This document shows, piece after piece, positions 1 to 8,334 of a stretch of 64,000 bases of DNA; positions within the stretch are counted from its first letter, which is position 1, and every line of letters begins with the position of its first letter. This DNA comes from Patescibacteria group bacterium (lineage in GTDB: Bacteria; Patescibacteriota; Patescibacteriia; Patescibacteriales; UBA12075). Position numbers and translations under genes: made by a program. The stretch covers positions 128,745-192,744 of the forward strand of contig JAHILH010000005.1 in assembly GCA_018897195.1 (NCBI GenBank), written 5' to 3'. The notes beneath the pieces were generated by a model, which saw only the letters and a list, made by a program, of their open reading frames with translations, did not search any database and was not told the origin of the DNA.

Positions 1-1
1 C

Positions 2-1576
2 GGTGTTAAGGTGGCCGACTTGTCTATTTCCGACGTCAGTGGCATGCCCTTGGGCGAGGCAAAAACTTTTTTCGAGACCTTGAGCGAATCAACTACCCTA
101 TCCGCCCGTGACAAGAAAATTTCGGTGCAGATTTTCAAAGAAATTATCTCTCGTTTAGAATTTTTACTTAACGTTGGTTTGAGTTATCTAACATTAGATC
201 GTTCCGCCAATACTCTATCCGGCGGTGAAGCCCAACGCATCAGATTAGCCAATCAAATCGGCACAAAACTAGTTGGTGTCTTATATATTCTCGACGAACC
301 ATCAATCGGTCTCCACCAACGAGACAACCAAAAATTGATTCAAACCATCAAAAACCTACGTGATATCGGTAACACCATCATCGTGGTCGAACACGATGAA
401 GATACTATGGAAGCTTCTGACTGGCTCATCGACATCGGACCTGGCGCTGGCGTTCACGGTGGCGAAGTAATGGCGCAAGGCACACCGGCCGAAGTCATGG
501 CCAACCCCAATTCCATCACTGGCCAATACTTATCTGGCAAAAAATCTATTCCCGGACCAAAAACTTATCGCCCAGGCAATAAAATGGCCATCAAAATCAC
601 CGGCGCGCGCGAACACAATCTTAAAAATATAGATGTCAGTTTTCCATTAGGTAAATTTATTGCTATCACTGGTGTTTCCGGCTCAGGTAAATCAACCTTG
701 ATGACTGACATCCTAGCCACTGCCTTGAATAAAAAGTTCTACCGTGCCAAAGCCGAACCGGGAGCCCACACCAGCATCGAAGGTTTACAATATATTGATA
801 AAGTAATCAATATCGATCAATCCGCCATCGGCCGCACTCCCCGCTCCAACCCAGCGACTTACACCGGCGCCTTCACTCCAATCAGAGATTTATTTGCGAG
901 CCTACCCGAAGCCAAAATCAAAGGCTACAAAGCTGGTCGCTTCTCCTTCAACGTCACTGGTGGCCGCTGCGAAGCTTGCGCCGGCGATGGCATGGTCAAA
1001 ATCGAAATGCAATTCCTGCCTGATGTTTACGTCGAATGCGATGTTTGCCATGGACACAGATACAACAAAGAAGCCTTAAGCATCGAATACAAGGGCAAGA
1101 ATATTTCCGATGTCCTTAATATGACCATCGAAGAAGGCATGCGCTTCTTCAAAAATATTCCCGCGATTCACCAAAAATTAGCGACACTAAATGAAGTCGG
1201 ACTTGGTTATATTAAATTAGGACAATCAGCCACCACTCTGTCTGGTGGTGAAGCCCAACGCGTGAAGCTCTCCACTGAGTTAGCCCGCCGCTCAACCGGC
1301 AAGACTTTATATATTCTCGATGAGCCCACTACCGGTCTTCACTTTGACGATATCAAAAGATTATTAGAAGTTCTAAATAAATTAGTTGACAAGGGCAACA
1401 CCGTCCTCGTCATCGAACACAATCTCGATGTTATCAAATCTGTTGACTGGGTCATCGACATGGGTCCGGAAGGTGGCAACAAAGGTGGCTACATCGTCGC
1501 CCAAGGCACGCCGGTTGACGTGACGAAAGTGAAAGAGAGTTATACGGGACAATATTTGAAAAAGGTCATCAAGTAA
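2..1576 (+). CDS. uvrA: Excinuclease ABC subunit A (UvrA), C-terminal ~520 aa; 5' end outside window
   Basis: ORF open to window edge; two [11 protein letters not shown] signatures, Walker B YILDEP, zinc module CEACAGDG...CDVCHGHRY. Confidence 0.95.
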   Translation, partial: GVKVADLSISDVSGMPLGEAKTFFETLSESTTLSARDKKISVQIFKEIISRLEFLLNVGLSYLTLDRSANTLSGGEAQRIRLANQIGTKLVGVLYILDEPSIGLHQRDNQKLIQTIKNLRDIGNTIIVVEHDEDTMEASDWLIDIGPGAGVHGGEVMAQGTPAEVMANPNSITGQYLSGKKSIPGPKTYRPGNKMAIKITGAREHNLKNIDVSFPLGKFIAITGVSGSGKSTLMTDILATALNKKFYRAKAEPGAHTSIEGLQYIDKVINIDQSAIGRTPRSNPATYTGAFTPIRDLFASLPEAKIKGYKAGRFSFNVTGGRCEACAGDGMVKIEMQFLPDVYVECDVCHGHRYNKEALSIEYKGKNISDVLNMTIEEGMRFFKNIPAIHQKLATLNEVGLGYIKLGQSATTLSGGEAQRVKLSTELARRSTGKTLYILDEPTTGLHFDDIKRLLEVLNKLVDKGNTVLVIEHNLDVIKSVDWVIDMGPEGGNKGGYIVAQGTPVDVTKVKESYTGQYLKKVIK

Positions 1577-1577
1577 T

Positions 1578-1630
1578 TCCCTCTCCTTGCCAGGAGAGGG
1601 TTAGGGTGAGGTAGATTTTCGGCGAGGGAG
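1578..1630 (-). repeat. GC-rich palindromic repeat, family 1 (CCCTCTCC-n-GGAGAGGG + GGGTGAGG) with partial second unit
   Basis: tccctctccttgccaggagagggttagggtgagg...ggcgagggag; near-identical to 37551-37600. Confidence 0.85.
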
Positions 1631-1702
1631 AAATCTAATCCTCTACTTATATAATAAAAAGCGCGATTTCCCAGTCGCACTTTTTTGTTGGCAATTTTGC
1701 AA

Positions 1703-2180
1703 AAAAAAGAAGGCTATATGAGATTTTCGAAAAAATCTCATATAGCCTCTTGCAAACGGAAATCGTGTTTTAGTTACCGGTGTTGAGTTTTTTGTCAACA
1801 CCTAGCCAAAGGTACTTCGGCCACGCATGCGGAATTTTCCGGTCATTTTTTTTGGCCTCTTGGTGGGCTCTTGTCCAAAATGGACGTGTATGTTTTTTCC
1901 GGCCCCCTCACTACTCGGTCAGCTGTACTAAAACACATTCTTACTACTGGGGCCGAGTTCTTCATGTCGGCCAGGCGGTTGCCGATCAGCCGGCGACGCA
2001 GGTCAGGGCGGTGCGAGTCAGAGCATCATCAATAAGGGCGCACTTGGCGCTTGCGGTTACGACTACGGGCTTTCCTTTGTTTCGGGGCATCGTTCGTCCT
2101 CCTGGTGAATTTTTACCGTTCCGGTCGTCGGCACGGTTACTGCATTCTACTTCTTTTTTATTGTCAAAAATCAACTTCGT
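1703..2180 (-). ncRNA. Unclassified GC-rich transcript (candidate structured ncRNA and/or carrier of a 34-codon sORF at 2090..1986)
   Basis: Bounded by consensus promoter and strong terminator; visibly higher GC than flanks; many local GC stems; AGGAGG 7 nt before ATG 2090 (MPRNKGKPVVVTASAKCALIDDALTRTALTCVAG). Confidence 0.35.
1711..1748 (-). terminator. Intrinsic terminator (17-bp perfect stem, CGAA loop, U8 on minus strand)
   Basis: aggctatatgagatttt-cgaa-aaaatctcatatagcct; A8 at 1701-1708 gives a U-tract only for the minus-strand transcript. Confidence 0.8.
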
Positions 2181-2186
2181 AAAAAC

Positions 2187-2215
2187 ATCATAGCACACAA
2201 CAAAAAACTTGTCAA
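2187..2215 (-). promoter_or_regulatory. Sigma70-type promoter TTGACA-17-TATGAT
   Basis: Minus strand: TTGACA (2215-2210), 17-nt spacer, TATGAT (2192-2187). Confidence 0.6.
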
Positions 2216-2273
2216 GCCTTTCGGCGACAAGTTTTATTTTTGTATCTAATATTAGGATAATTTATCAAACTTT

Positions 2274-2310
2274 CCCCTCACCCCGACCCTCTCCCGCCGG
2301 GGCGAGGGAG
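2274..2310 (+). repeat. GC-rich palindromic repeat, family 1 (CCCTCACCCCGACCCTCTCCCGCCGGGGCGAGGGAG)
   Basis: Direct read; same unit at 2903, 35346, 37601. Confidence 0.9.
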
Positions 2311-2325
2311 ATTACTTATTCTCTT

Positions 2326-2880
2326 TTAATTTTCTTCCCCAAACACTTCCGCCTCAAATACTTCAATCACCGCCTCCGAATCTTTATAACAATCCTTTCC
2401 TAGTCCAGCTTTCTGTTTACACAATTCTTCCAAAAATTTCTTCCGACCCCAACCCGTTTCCGTGGCTACTTGGGGCAAAAACAGACCGGCGCAAGTGCCT
2501 TTACGAATTATCACGCCATGTTTACCTAGTTCAATCTTTTTCCAATCAGCAATTCTGGTCGGCGCAGATAAAACACTAACTTCATAATGCAACTCTACTA
2601 ACTCATCGACTGCCACTGGATCAAAACGTGAATCTTCGCAACAAGCCGCCATCGCCATCTCGCTCACAACACGCCAAAGCGGTTTTTCTGAGGCAATAAT
2701 TTGACCGATGCAGCCGCGCAATTTTCCATTTTTTGACAATGTTACAAAAGCCCCCTTCCATTCCTTCAAACCTTCATCGGTGATTTTAAATTCAGCCACC
2801 TTACCATCACGCACCAAGCTCTCAGCCGACGCGCGCGCAATTCGTAATAATTCTTTTTTTTGAGTTTTATTTAATTTCAT
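2326..2880 (-). CDS. AMMECR1 domain protein
   Basis: 184 aa; GCIGQI...CEDSRFDPV...HGVIIRKG...GLFLPQVA pattern typical of AMMECR1. Confidence 0.85.
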   Translation of the reverse strand: MKLNKTQKKELLRIARASAESLVRDGKVAEFKITDEGLKEWKGAFVTLSKNGKLRGCIGQIIASEKPLWRVVSEMAMAACCEDSRFDPVAVDELVELHYEVSVLSAPTRIADWKKIELGKHGVIIRKGTCAGLFLPQVATETGWGRKKFLEELCKQKAGLGKDCYKDSEAVIEVFEAEVFGEEN

Positions 2881-2902
2881 ATCCGTCGTCTATTTTCCTA
2901 AA

Positions 2903-2941
2903 CGCCCCCTCACCCCAACCCTCTCCCGCGGGGCGAGGGAG
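2903..2941 (+). repeat. GC-rich palindromic repeat, family 1
   Basis: cgccccctcaccccaaccctctcccgcggggcgagggag. Confidence 0.9.
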
Positions 2942-2944
2942 ACT

Positions 2945-3436
2945 TTAAATTTGTTCCAAAATTTTCAATTCAAATGTCCCAGTCTCTATTTCCCAATAAG
3001 CAAAGGTGGCCATAAAGAAGTTACCCCCCAGTGTTCCCGGATTTATATATTGAGTATTGCCTTTTTTTTGAATATGCGGTCGATGCGTGTGCCCGTAAAA
3101 AACTAAGTTACAAGTGCACATTTCTTCCGTTTGACTAAAAAATTCCGGCTCATGGCACATGCCAATATTAAATCCCTCCAATACAAACTTACCAAAACGA
3201 CCATGGTCGGTATAATTTTTATAATATTCCAATTCCTCTTCATAATAAATATCCGCATTACCTCGGATAATGTGGATATTATTTTTGAAACCTTCTGATA
3301 AATATTTTATTGTTTCACTATTAGCTACATCACCACAACAAATAAGCTGATCGATGGTATTGTCACGGCACCACTGCAAACATTTTTCGAGATTAGGGAT
3401 ATTGTCGTGAATGTCGGAGATGATGACTATTTTCAT
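2945..3436 (-). CDS. YfcE/MJ0936-type metallophosphoesterase
   Basis: MKIVIISDIHDN, CCGDV, GNADI, YGHTH motifs; start set at ATG 3436 (the upstream TTG extension reads through a palindrome). Confidence 0.85.
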   Translation of the reverse strand: MKIVIISDIHDNIPNLEKCLQWCRDNTIDQLICCGDVANSETIKYLSEGFKNNIHIIRGNADIYYEEELEYYKNYTDHGRFGKFVLEGFNIGMCHEPEFFSQTEEMCTCNLVFYGHTHRPHIQKKGNTQYINPGTLGGNFFMATFAYWEIETGTFELKILEQI

Positions 3437-3493
3437 GTGGCATATAACCCGAATCCGCCGTGGCGGATCCAAATATTACAAATAATTATGTGA

Positions 3494-4063
3494 CTATTTT
3501 CTAAGATTAACTTCGTAGGCAACTTGCTCAATTTTGCGCAGATTACCTTTTGCTTGATCATATTTTGTTCGCAAATAACCAGTCATGTCAAATTCTACCA
3601 ATTCGGCCATAATGTCATTAATAATATTTTTAATCTTATCGACTTCTTTAAAATTACCCTTAGCCGCCTCATTTACTGCACGTCGCACCAGCTCACCAGT
3701 GGTGTCACAAATGCCGCCTAAGTAGCTATCATATTTTATACTTAATCCCTTGATCTTGTCAATCTTATCACCGGAAATAATCAAGTAGTACATTTTGGCC
3801 TCCACATACTCCTCCATCCCCGCCTTATATGATCCTTCCTCTAGTAATCTAGTAAAGCTAAACTTTTTTTCCAAATTCGCCAAGATTTTTTCAATCTCAG
3901 TTAAGCTCTCATTAGCTTTCTTCATATCACCACGATGCATTGAAAAAATTGCTCGCTTTGAATCATGTAAAACCACATTGGCTAAAGCAATAATTTGTCT
4001 GCGCTGACTATTCTGATCATCATATTCTTTTTTTAACTTCTGAATGAATTTCTTGTTTATCAT
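3494..4063 (-). CDS. Translin-family-like protein (COG2178-like)
   Basis: 189 aa helical protein; YKAGMEEYVEA and ICDTTGELVRRAV resemble translin/TRAX family motifs (from memory). Confidence 0.55.
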   Translation of the reverse strand: MINKKFIQKLKKEYDDQNSQRRQIIALANVVLHDSKRAIFSMHRGDMKKANESLTEIEKILANLEKKFSFTRLLEEGSYKAGMEEYVEAKMYYLIISGDKIDKIKGLSIKYDSYLGGICDTTGELVRRAVNEAAKGNFKEVDKIKNIINDIMAELVEFDMTGYLRTKYDQAKGNLRKIEQVAYEVNLRK

Positions 4064-4087
4064 TTTCTTATATCTTAAATAAATTAA

Positions 4088-7000
4088 TTATCGTGCCACA
4101 CGCAAAACCTCCTCTACCGTTGTCTCGCCTTCTAGCGCCTTAAGAATACCATCTTGAATCATCAAGACCGTTCCATTTTTAACAGCGTTCTCTTCAATGT
4201 CAGCATTAGTCACATTATCAATTTGAATAATTTTTTGCATTTCGTCATCCATGCTAATCGCCTCATAAATACCAATTCTACCCTTATAGCCAATCCCACT
4301 ACACTCAGGACAGCCCTCACCTTTATAAAATTTCAACTCAGTCGGAATCTGAATATTTAAATCCTTATTAATACCAGCCAAAATATTCTGAACTTCTTTC
4401 AAAAGAACTTCATCTAACTCAATTTCTTTTTTGCATTTTTGACAAACCCTGCGCACTAATCTTTGACCAATGGAACACTCCATGGAGCTGGCTAAGGCTT
4501 GGCGATCCATGCCCAAGCCGACAAAACGAGCAATCGCACCCGCGGCACTATTGGCATGGATCGTGGACAAAACTAAATGTCCAGTCAAGCTGGCCTCAAT
4601 AGCCACCTTGGCTGTTTCTGCATCCCTGATTTCTCCCACCATGATAATATTTGGATTTTGGCGCATAAATGACCGAATTGCCATCCCAAAAGTATAACCA
4701 CCAGCACTATCAATTTGAGTCTGCAAAATGCCATTCAAGTGATATTCAATCGGATCTTCAATGGTCATAATTTTCACATCAGGACTATTTAATTTATTCA
4801 AAGCACTATATAATGTTGTTGTCTTACCAGATCCAGTCGGACCAGTGGTGATAACAATGCCCTTACTCTTGTGAATTGCCTTATTAATCTTTTCTAATGA
4901 ATATGGCCTAATACCCAAATCTTCCATTTTTAATTCAGCTGCTTGGCTAGTCAACATTCTAATTACAACTGTTTCACCATAGGCACCAGAAATTATCGAC
5001 AAACGACAGTCAATATTTTTTGAATTGAACGTAATACTAAAACGTCCATCGATGGTTGGTTGCTTAATATTTGTAGCAATACCAGCTGTTGATTTTATTT
5101 TAGATAAAATTTGAATATAATTCTCCTTTGTTACATCAGAAACATCGGACAAAATACCATCAATTCTAAAACGCACCTTAACGCCGTTTTCTATCGGCTC
5201 GATATGAATATCACCTGCCTCCACCTTTATCGCTAAAGCTAAAATGTAATTTAACATCTCGCCAGAAGAGGAGTTTTTGATAATACCCCCTGACTTTAGA
5301 ATATCGCTAGACACTCCGCCCATTTTTATCAATGTCTCGTCTGACAAAACAAAGCCCCGTCCAAGTGTCTTGGATACAACTACGTCATACAAGGCATCAA
5401 CATATTCAAACTTGCCAATCACACGATAAACTTCTTCCAAACTAGTAACACCGTCCATACACTTCAAAACTCCGTCTTGCAACATCGTCACCATTCCATT
5501 CTCAATCGCCTGATACAATATCTTAAACGCCGGCGCCCCATTATCAGCCAGTTCCTTAACATCATCACTCATAGTCAAGATTTCATAAATACCTATTCGC
5601 CCCTTATAGCCTGTCCCGCCACATTTCTCACAACCAGCTCCCGCCTTAAAAATCTTTGGCAATTCGTTGGGAATATTCACTTCCGCTTTCGGAGATATTA
5701 CCGCTAATATTTTTTGTACCAATTGCTTCTCTTCCGCCGTTAAGACATGTTCAACTTTGCAATTATTACAGACCTTTCTAATCAATCTTTGTCCGATTAA
5801 AGCATTAATAGATGGCGTCAAAAAATAAGATTTAACTCCCATGTCAATCAAGCGTGGAATTACACCGGCTGCGTCATTAGTGTGCAAGGTCGACAGAACC
5901 AAATGCCCGGTCAAGCTCGCCTGAATGGCAATCTCAGCTGTTTCTAAATCACGAATTTCTCCAACCATCACCACATCCGGATCTTGACGCAAAACCGAAC
6001 GAAGACCATTTGCAAAAGTATAACCCTTCTTTTCATCAATCTGACTTTGGTTAATACCCTTCAATTGATATTCAATCGGATTTTCCAAGGTAATAATCTT
6101 TGTATTCTCTGTATTTAAAGTATTTAAAATCGCGTACAAGGAAGTTGTCTTACCAGAGCCAGTCGGACCAGTAGTCAAAATCATTCCATTCGGCTTGACC
6201 ATTTCTTTTTTTAAAATTTCAAACTCACGCGCACGTAAGCCTAATTGCTCAAAACCAAGCGTAACTGAATCAGAAAACAACAAACGCATTACCACGCTCT
6301 CTCCATAAGACGTTGGCAAAAAAGAAGCACGTACGTCTATCTTTTTTTCATTCAAAAAAATCGTAAACCGTCCATCCTGTGGTTTGTTTTCAATATTTAT
6401 TTTCACCTTTGCCAATAACTTCATTCTAGAAATTATCTTTTTCCATTTATCCTTATCAATCACCGCTGCATCATGCAACACCCCGTCAATTCTATAACGA
6501 ATCACAATGCCTTTTTCTTCTGCCTCAATGTGAATATCACTGGAGTTCATTTTTATCGAAGCTGCTAAAATTAAAGTAACAACATCAGAAATATTTACTT
6601 CATTGATTTTTTTATCTAAACTTTTATAATCATTTATCTCTTGTTCGAATTTTTCTACATCCGCACCCTTAATTTCTACACCATTAACTAATTTTTTTAT
6701 TTTAGGCAAGCTGGCATATTGCTTTAAAGCATAAATCAAACTATTATCAGAAATCAAATAAATCGCCCCTTTACTATATTTTTCTGCACAGATTTCTTCC
6801 ATTTTTTTAAGTACTACCGGATTGTCAGGATTGGTTGCAGCAATGCGGATATTTTCACCATCATAAAAAAAACAAACTATCTTTTCTTGGATAGCTATTT
6901 TCTCGTCAATCAGGCTCAAGGCCTCGGCACTGATTGGAAAACCGAAGAGATTAATGTAGGGCACGCCAAGACCGACGGCCATCTGTTCCGCGACTCTTTC

Positions 7001-7111
7001 TTTTTCTTTTATTTTCATCCCTTTTTGTTTCTTAGCAAAGACACCCTCTGTGCTATCTTCGTCAACAAAACCACCGCTCGATGATGAAATTAAATCTTCA
7101 ATTGATTGCAT
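4088..7111 (-). CDS. pilB: Type IV pilus/T2SS assembly ATPase PilB/GspE with two complete ATPase modules fused in tandem
   Basis: 1007 aa; T2SSE N-domain, then two modules each with Walker A GPTGSGKTT (nt ~6149-6175 and ~4823-4849), Walker B/Asp box (DPDVVMVGEIRD / NPNIIMVGEIRD), His box (TGHLVLST) and tetracysteine CxxC...CxxC...GYKGRIGIYE. Confidence 0.9.
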   Translation of the reverse strand: MQSIEDLISSSSGGFVDEDSTEGVFAKKQKGMKIKEKERVAEQMAVGLGVPYINLFGFPISAEALSLIDEKIAIQEKIVCFFYDGENIRIAATNPDNPVVLKKMEEICAEKYSKGAIYLISDNSLIYALKQYASLPKIKKLVNGVEIKGADVEKFEQEINDYKSLDKKINEVNISDVVTLILAASIKMNSSDIHIEAEEKGIVIRYRIDGVLHDAAVIDKDKWKKIISRMKLLAKVKINIENKPQDGRFTIFLNEKKIDVRASFLPTSYGESVVMRLLFSDSVTLGFEQLGLRAREFEILKKEMVKPNGMILTTGPTGSGKTTSLYAILNTLNTENTKIITLENPIEYQLKGINQSQIDEKKGYTFANGLRSVLRQDPDVVMVGEIRDLETAEIAIQASLTGHLVLSTLHTNDAAGVIPRLIDMGVKSYFLTPSINALIGQRLIRKVCNNCKVEHVLTAEEKQLVQKILAVISPKAEVNIPNELPKIFKAGAGCEKCGGTGYKGRIGIYEILTMSDDVKELADNGAPAFKILYQAIENGMVTMLQDGVLKCMDGVTSLEEVYRVIGKFEYVDALYDVVVSKTLGRGFVLSDETLIKMGGVSSDILKSGGIIKNSSSGEMLNYILALAIKVEAGDIHIEPIENGVKVRFRIDGILSDVSDVTKENYIQILSKIKSTAGIATNIKQPTIDGRFSITFNSKNIDCRLSIISGAYGETVVIRMLTSQAAELKMEDLGIRPYSLEKINKAIHKSKGIVITTGPTGSGKTTTLYSALNKLNSPDVKIMTIEDPIEYHLNGILQTQIDSAGGYTFGMAIRSFMRQNPNIIMVGEIRDAETAKVAIEASLTGHLVLSTIHANSAAGAIARFVGLGMDRQALASSMECSIGQRLVRRVCQKCKKEIELDEVLLKEVQNILAGINKDLNIQIPTELKFYKGEGCPECSGIGYKGRIGIYEAISMDDEMQKIIQIDNVTNADIEENAVKNGTVLMIQDGILKALEGETTVEEVLRVAR

Positions 7112-7128
7112 ATTGTCTGATTAACTTA

Positions 7129-8106
7129 TTATCTCGTAAACATTCTCACTAATTTACTCTTTGCACCCTTGCCAATTAATTCGACGAACAAAGAAGTCCA
7201 AGCAGAAATCTGAAAAGTGGCCACTAATGAGCCGGTCACAATTAAAAAAGCAAAGAAGAAAATAATGCCCACACCGATAATAAACAAGAACATACCAGTC
7301 ATAGACAATCCTGAAGCCAAGAAAGCCAACAAGGCGAAAGGGGTCGCAAAAACTAAAACAACTATAATAAATAATAGCGCAATCACAATGTTCAAAAAAT
7401 ACAAGATGAACGCCATTTCTAAGCTAATCAACCAATTTTTTCTAAAAAGCTCCCAGCCAGATTTAAAGGCATTAACGAATTCAACATTATTAATTACGGA
7501 ATAACCAATACTATATTTCACGATAAACGAAAAAGACATTGCAACCGGAATAAACAATAAAATAACAAAAGTATAAACAATAAGAGACATGGTTGATCCC
7601 AAATTATTACCCATAACCACAATAAAAGAAATTATCGCCAATGAAATTATCGTAATAAGCTTGGAGACAAAATTAAAGCCAAAAACTGGCCAAAACTTTT
7701 TCATTCCACTCTCTAATGCCTCCCTAAAAGAAGTCTGCTTATTATCAATTTTTAATAAAGTATTATTAACCAAGGCAGCCTGCGAAACATTAACCAGCCA
7801 AATTACAAACGCAAACAAGGCTAAGAAAATAACTAGCACCAAAAGGGCCACAATCACTGAAATCGGCTGTGTGATTAACAAATTACCAAAATTGCGTAAT
7901 CCCTGCCAGGAAAAGACACCAGTCTGAGCAATCATCCTAAAGCCAGAAAAAAAGTCATTGTTAAAATTCCCAGATAAAGCTCGGAATAAAATTTCATACT
8001 CACCACCATTGCCCAATAAAGCTGCAAACAACCCAAAAAACCAAAGATACTTACTCTTCCAGGTAACATCCAGGGCTTGTTTTATAATTCCTCGATATAG
8101 TTGCAT
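7129..8106 (-). CDS. Polytopic membrane protein, family unknown
   Basis: About 7-8 hydrophobic segments; start set at ATG 8106 (longer ORF starts at TTG). Confidence 0.6.
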   Translation of the reverse strand: MQLYRGIIKQALDVTWKSKYLWFFGLFAALLGNGGEYEILFRALSGNFNNDFFSGFRMIAQTGVFSWQGLRNFGNLLITQPISVIVALLVLVIFLALFAFVIWLVNVSQAALVNNTLLKIDNKQTSFREALESGMKKFWPVFGFNFVSKLITIISLAIISFIVVMGNNLGSTMSLIVYTFVILLFIPVAMSFSFIVKYSIGYSVINNVEFVNAFKSGWELFRKNWLISLEMAFILYFLNIVIALLFIIVVLVFATPFALLAFLASGLSMTGMFLFIIGVGIIFFFAFLIVTGSLVATFQISAWTSLFVELIGKGAKSKLVRMFTR

Positions 8107-8289
8107 AAATTTAAATTTGTAGAATTTGAATTTTTTAATAATCCACTTGCTCGCCAAGTGCGAGAATACTACAAAATAATAATGAAGTTAATTTATACAA
8201 TTATTATAACATATTATTTTATAAAAGCCAAAGACTTTTTGAGTATTTAATTTAGCTATAACAGATTCCGTAACTGCAAAAAACAAAAA

Positions 8290-8316
8290 ACAGGAATAAC
8301 TAATTTGTATTCCTGT
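8290..8316 (-). terminator. Intrinsic terminator downstream of glgA
   Basis: acaggaata-n9-tattcctgt flanked by A6/T4. Confidence 0.6.
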
Positions 8317-8334
8317 TTTAAATAATTAAATTCT

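Noticed and set aside
1703-2180. Identity as RNase P RNA, tmRNA or SRP RNA
   Set aside because: RNase P: only aaaGGAAAGcCCgtag resembles CR-I, there is no complementary P4 strand (CGGGCUU), and there is no ACAGAA(C)CCGGCUUA-like CR-IV. tmRNA: there is no tRNA-like 3' end (GGTTCGA...CCA), and no tag frame ends in hydrophobic residues plus a stop. SRP: the plus strand has CAGGTCAGG but no GNRA-capped helix 8 partner. These are eye checks only, so a covariance-model search is still needed.
1780-2198. Track ORFs 1780..2193 (+, 137 aa) and 1986..2198 (-, 70 aa) as ordinary protein genes
   Set aside because: The plus-strand ORF has no SD, has an implausible composition rich in R, S, F and W, and spans the minus-strand promoter. 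The 70-aa minus ORF starts upstream of the likely transcription start. Only its last 34 codons follow a real SD and ATG.
7129-8157. Membrane protein next to pilB as the platform protein PilC/GspF
   Set aside because: Its size (~325 aa) and continuous hydrophobic topology do not fit PilC, which has two cytoplasmic GspF helical domains. No GspF-like motifs were seen.
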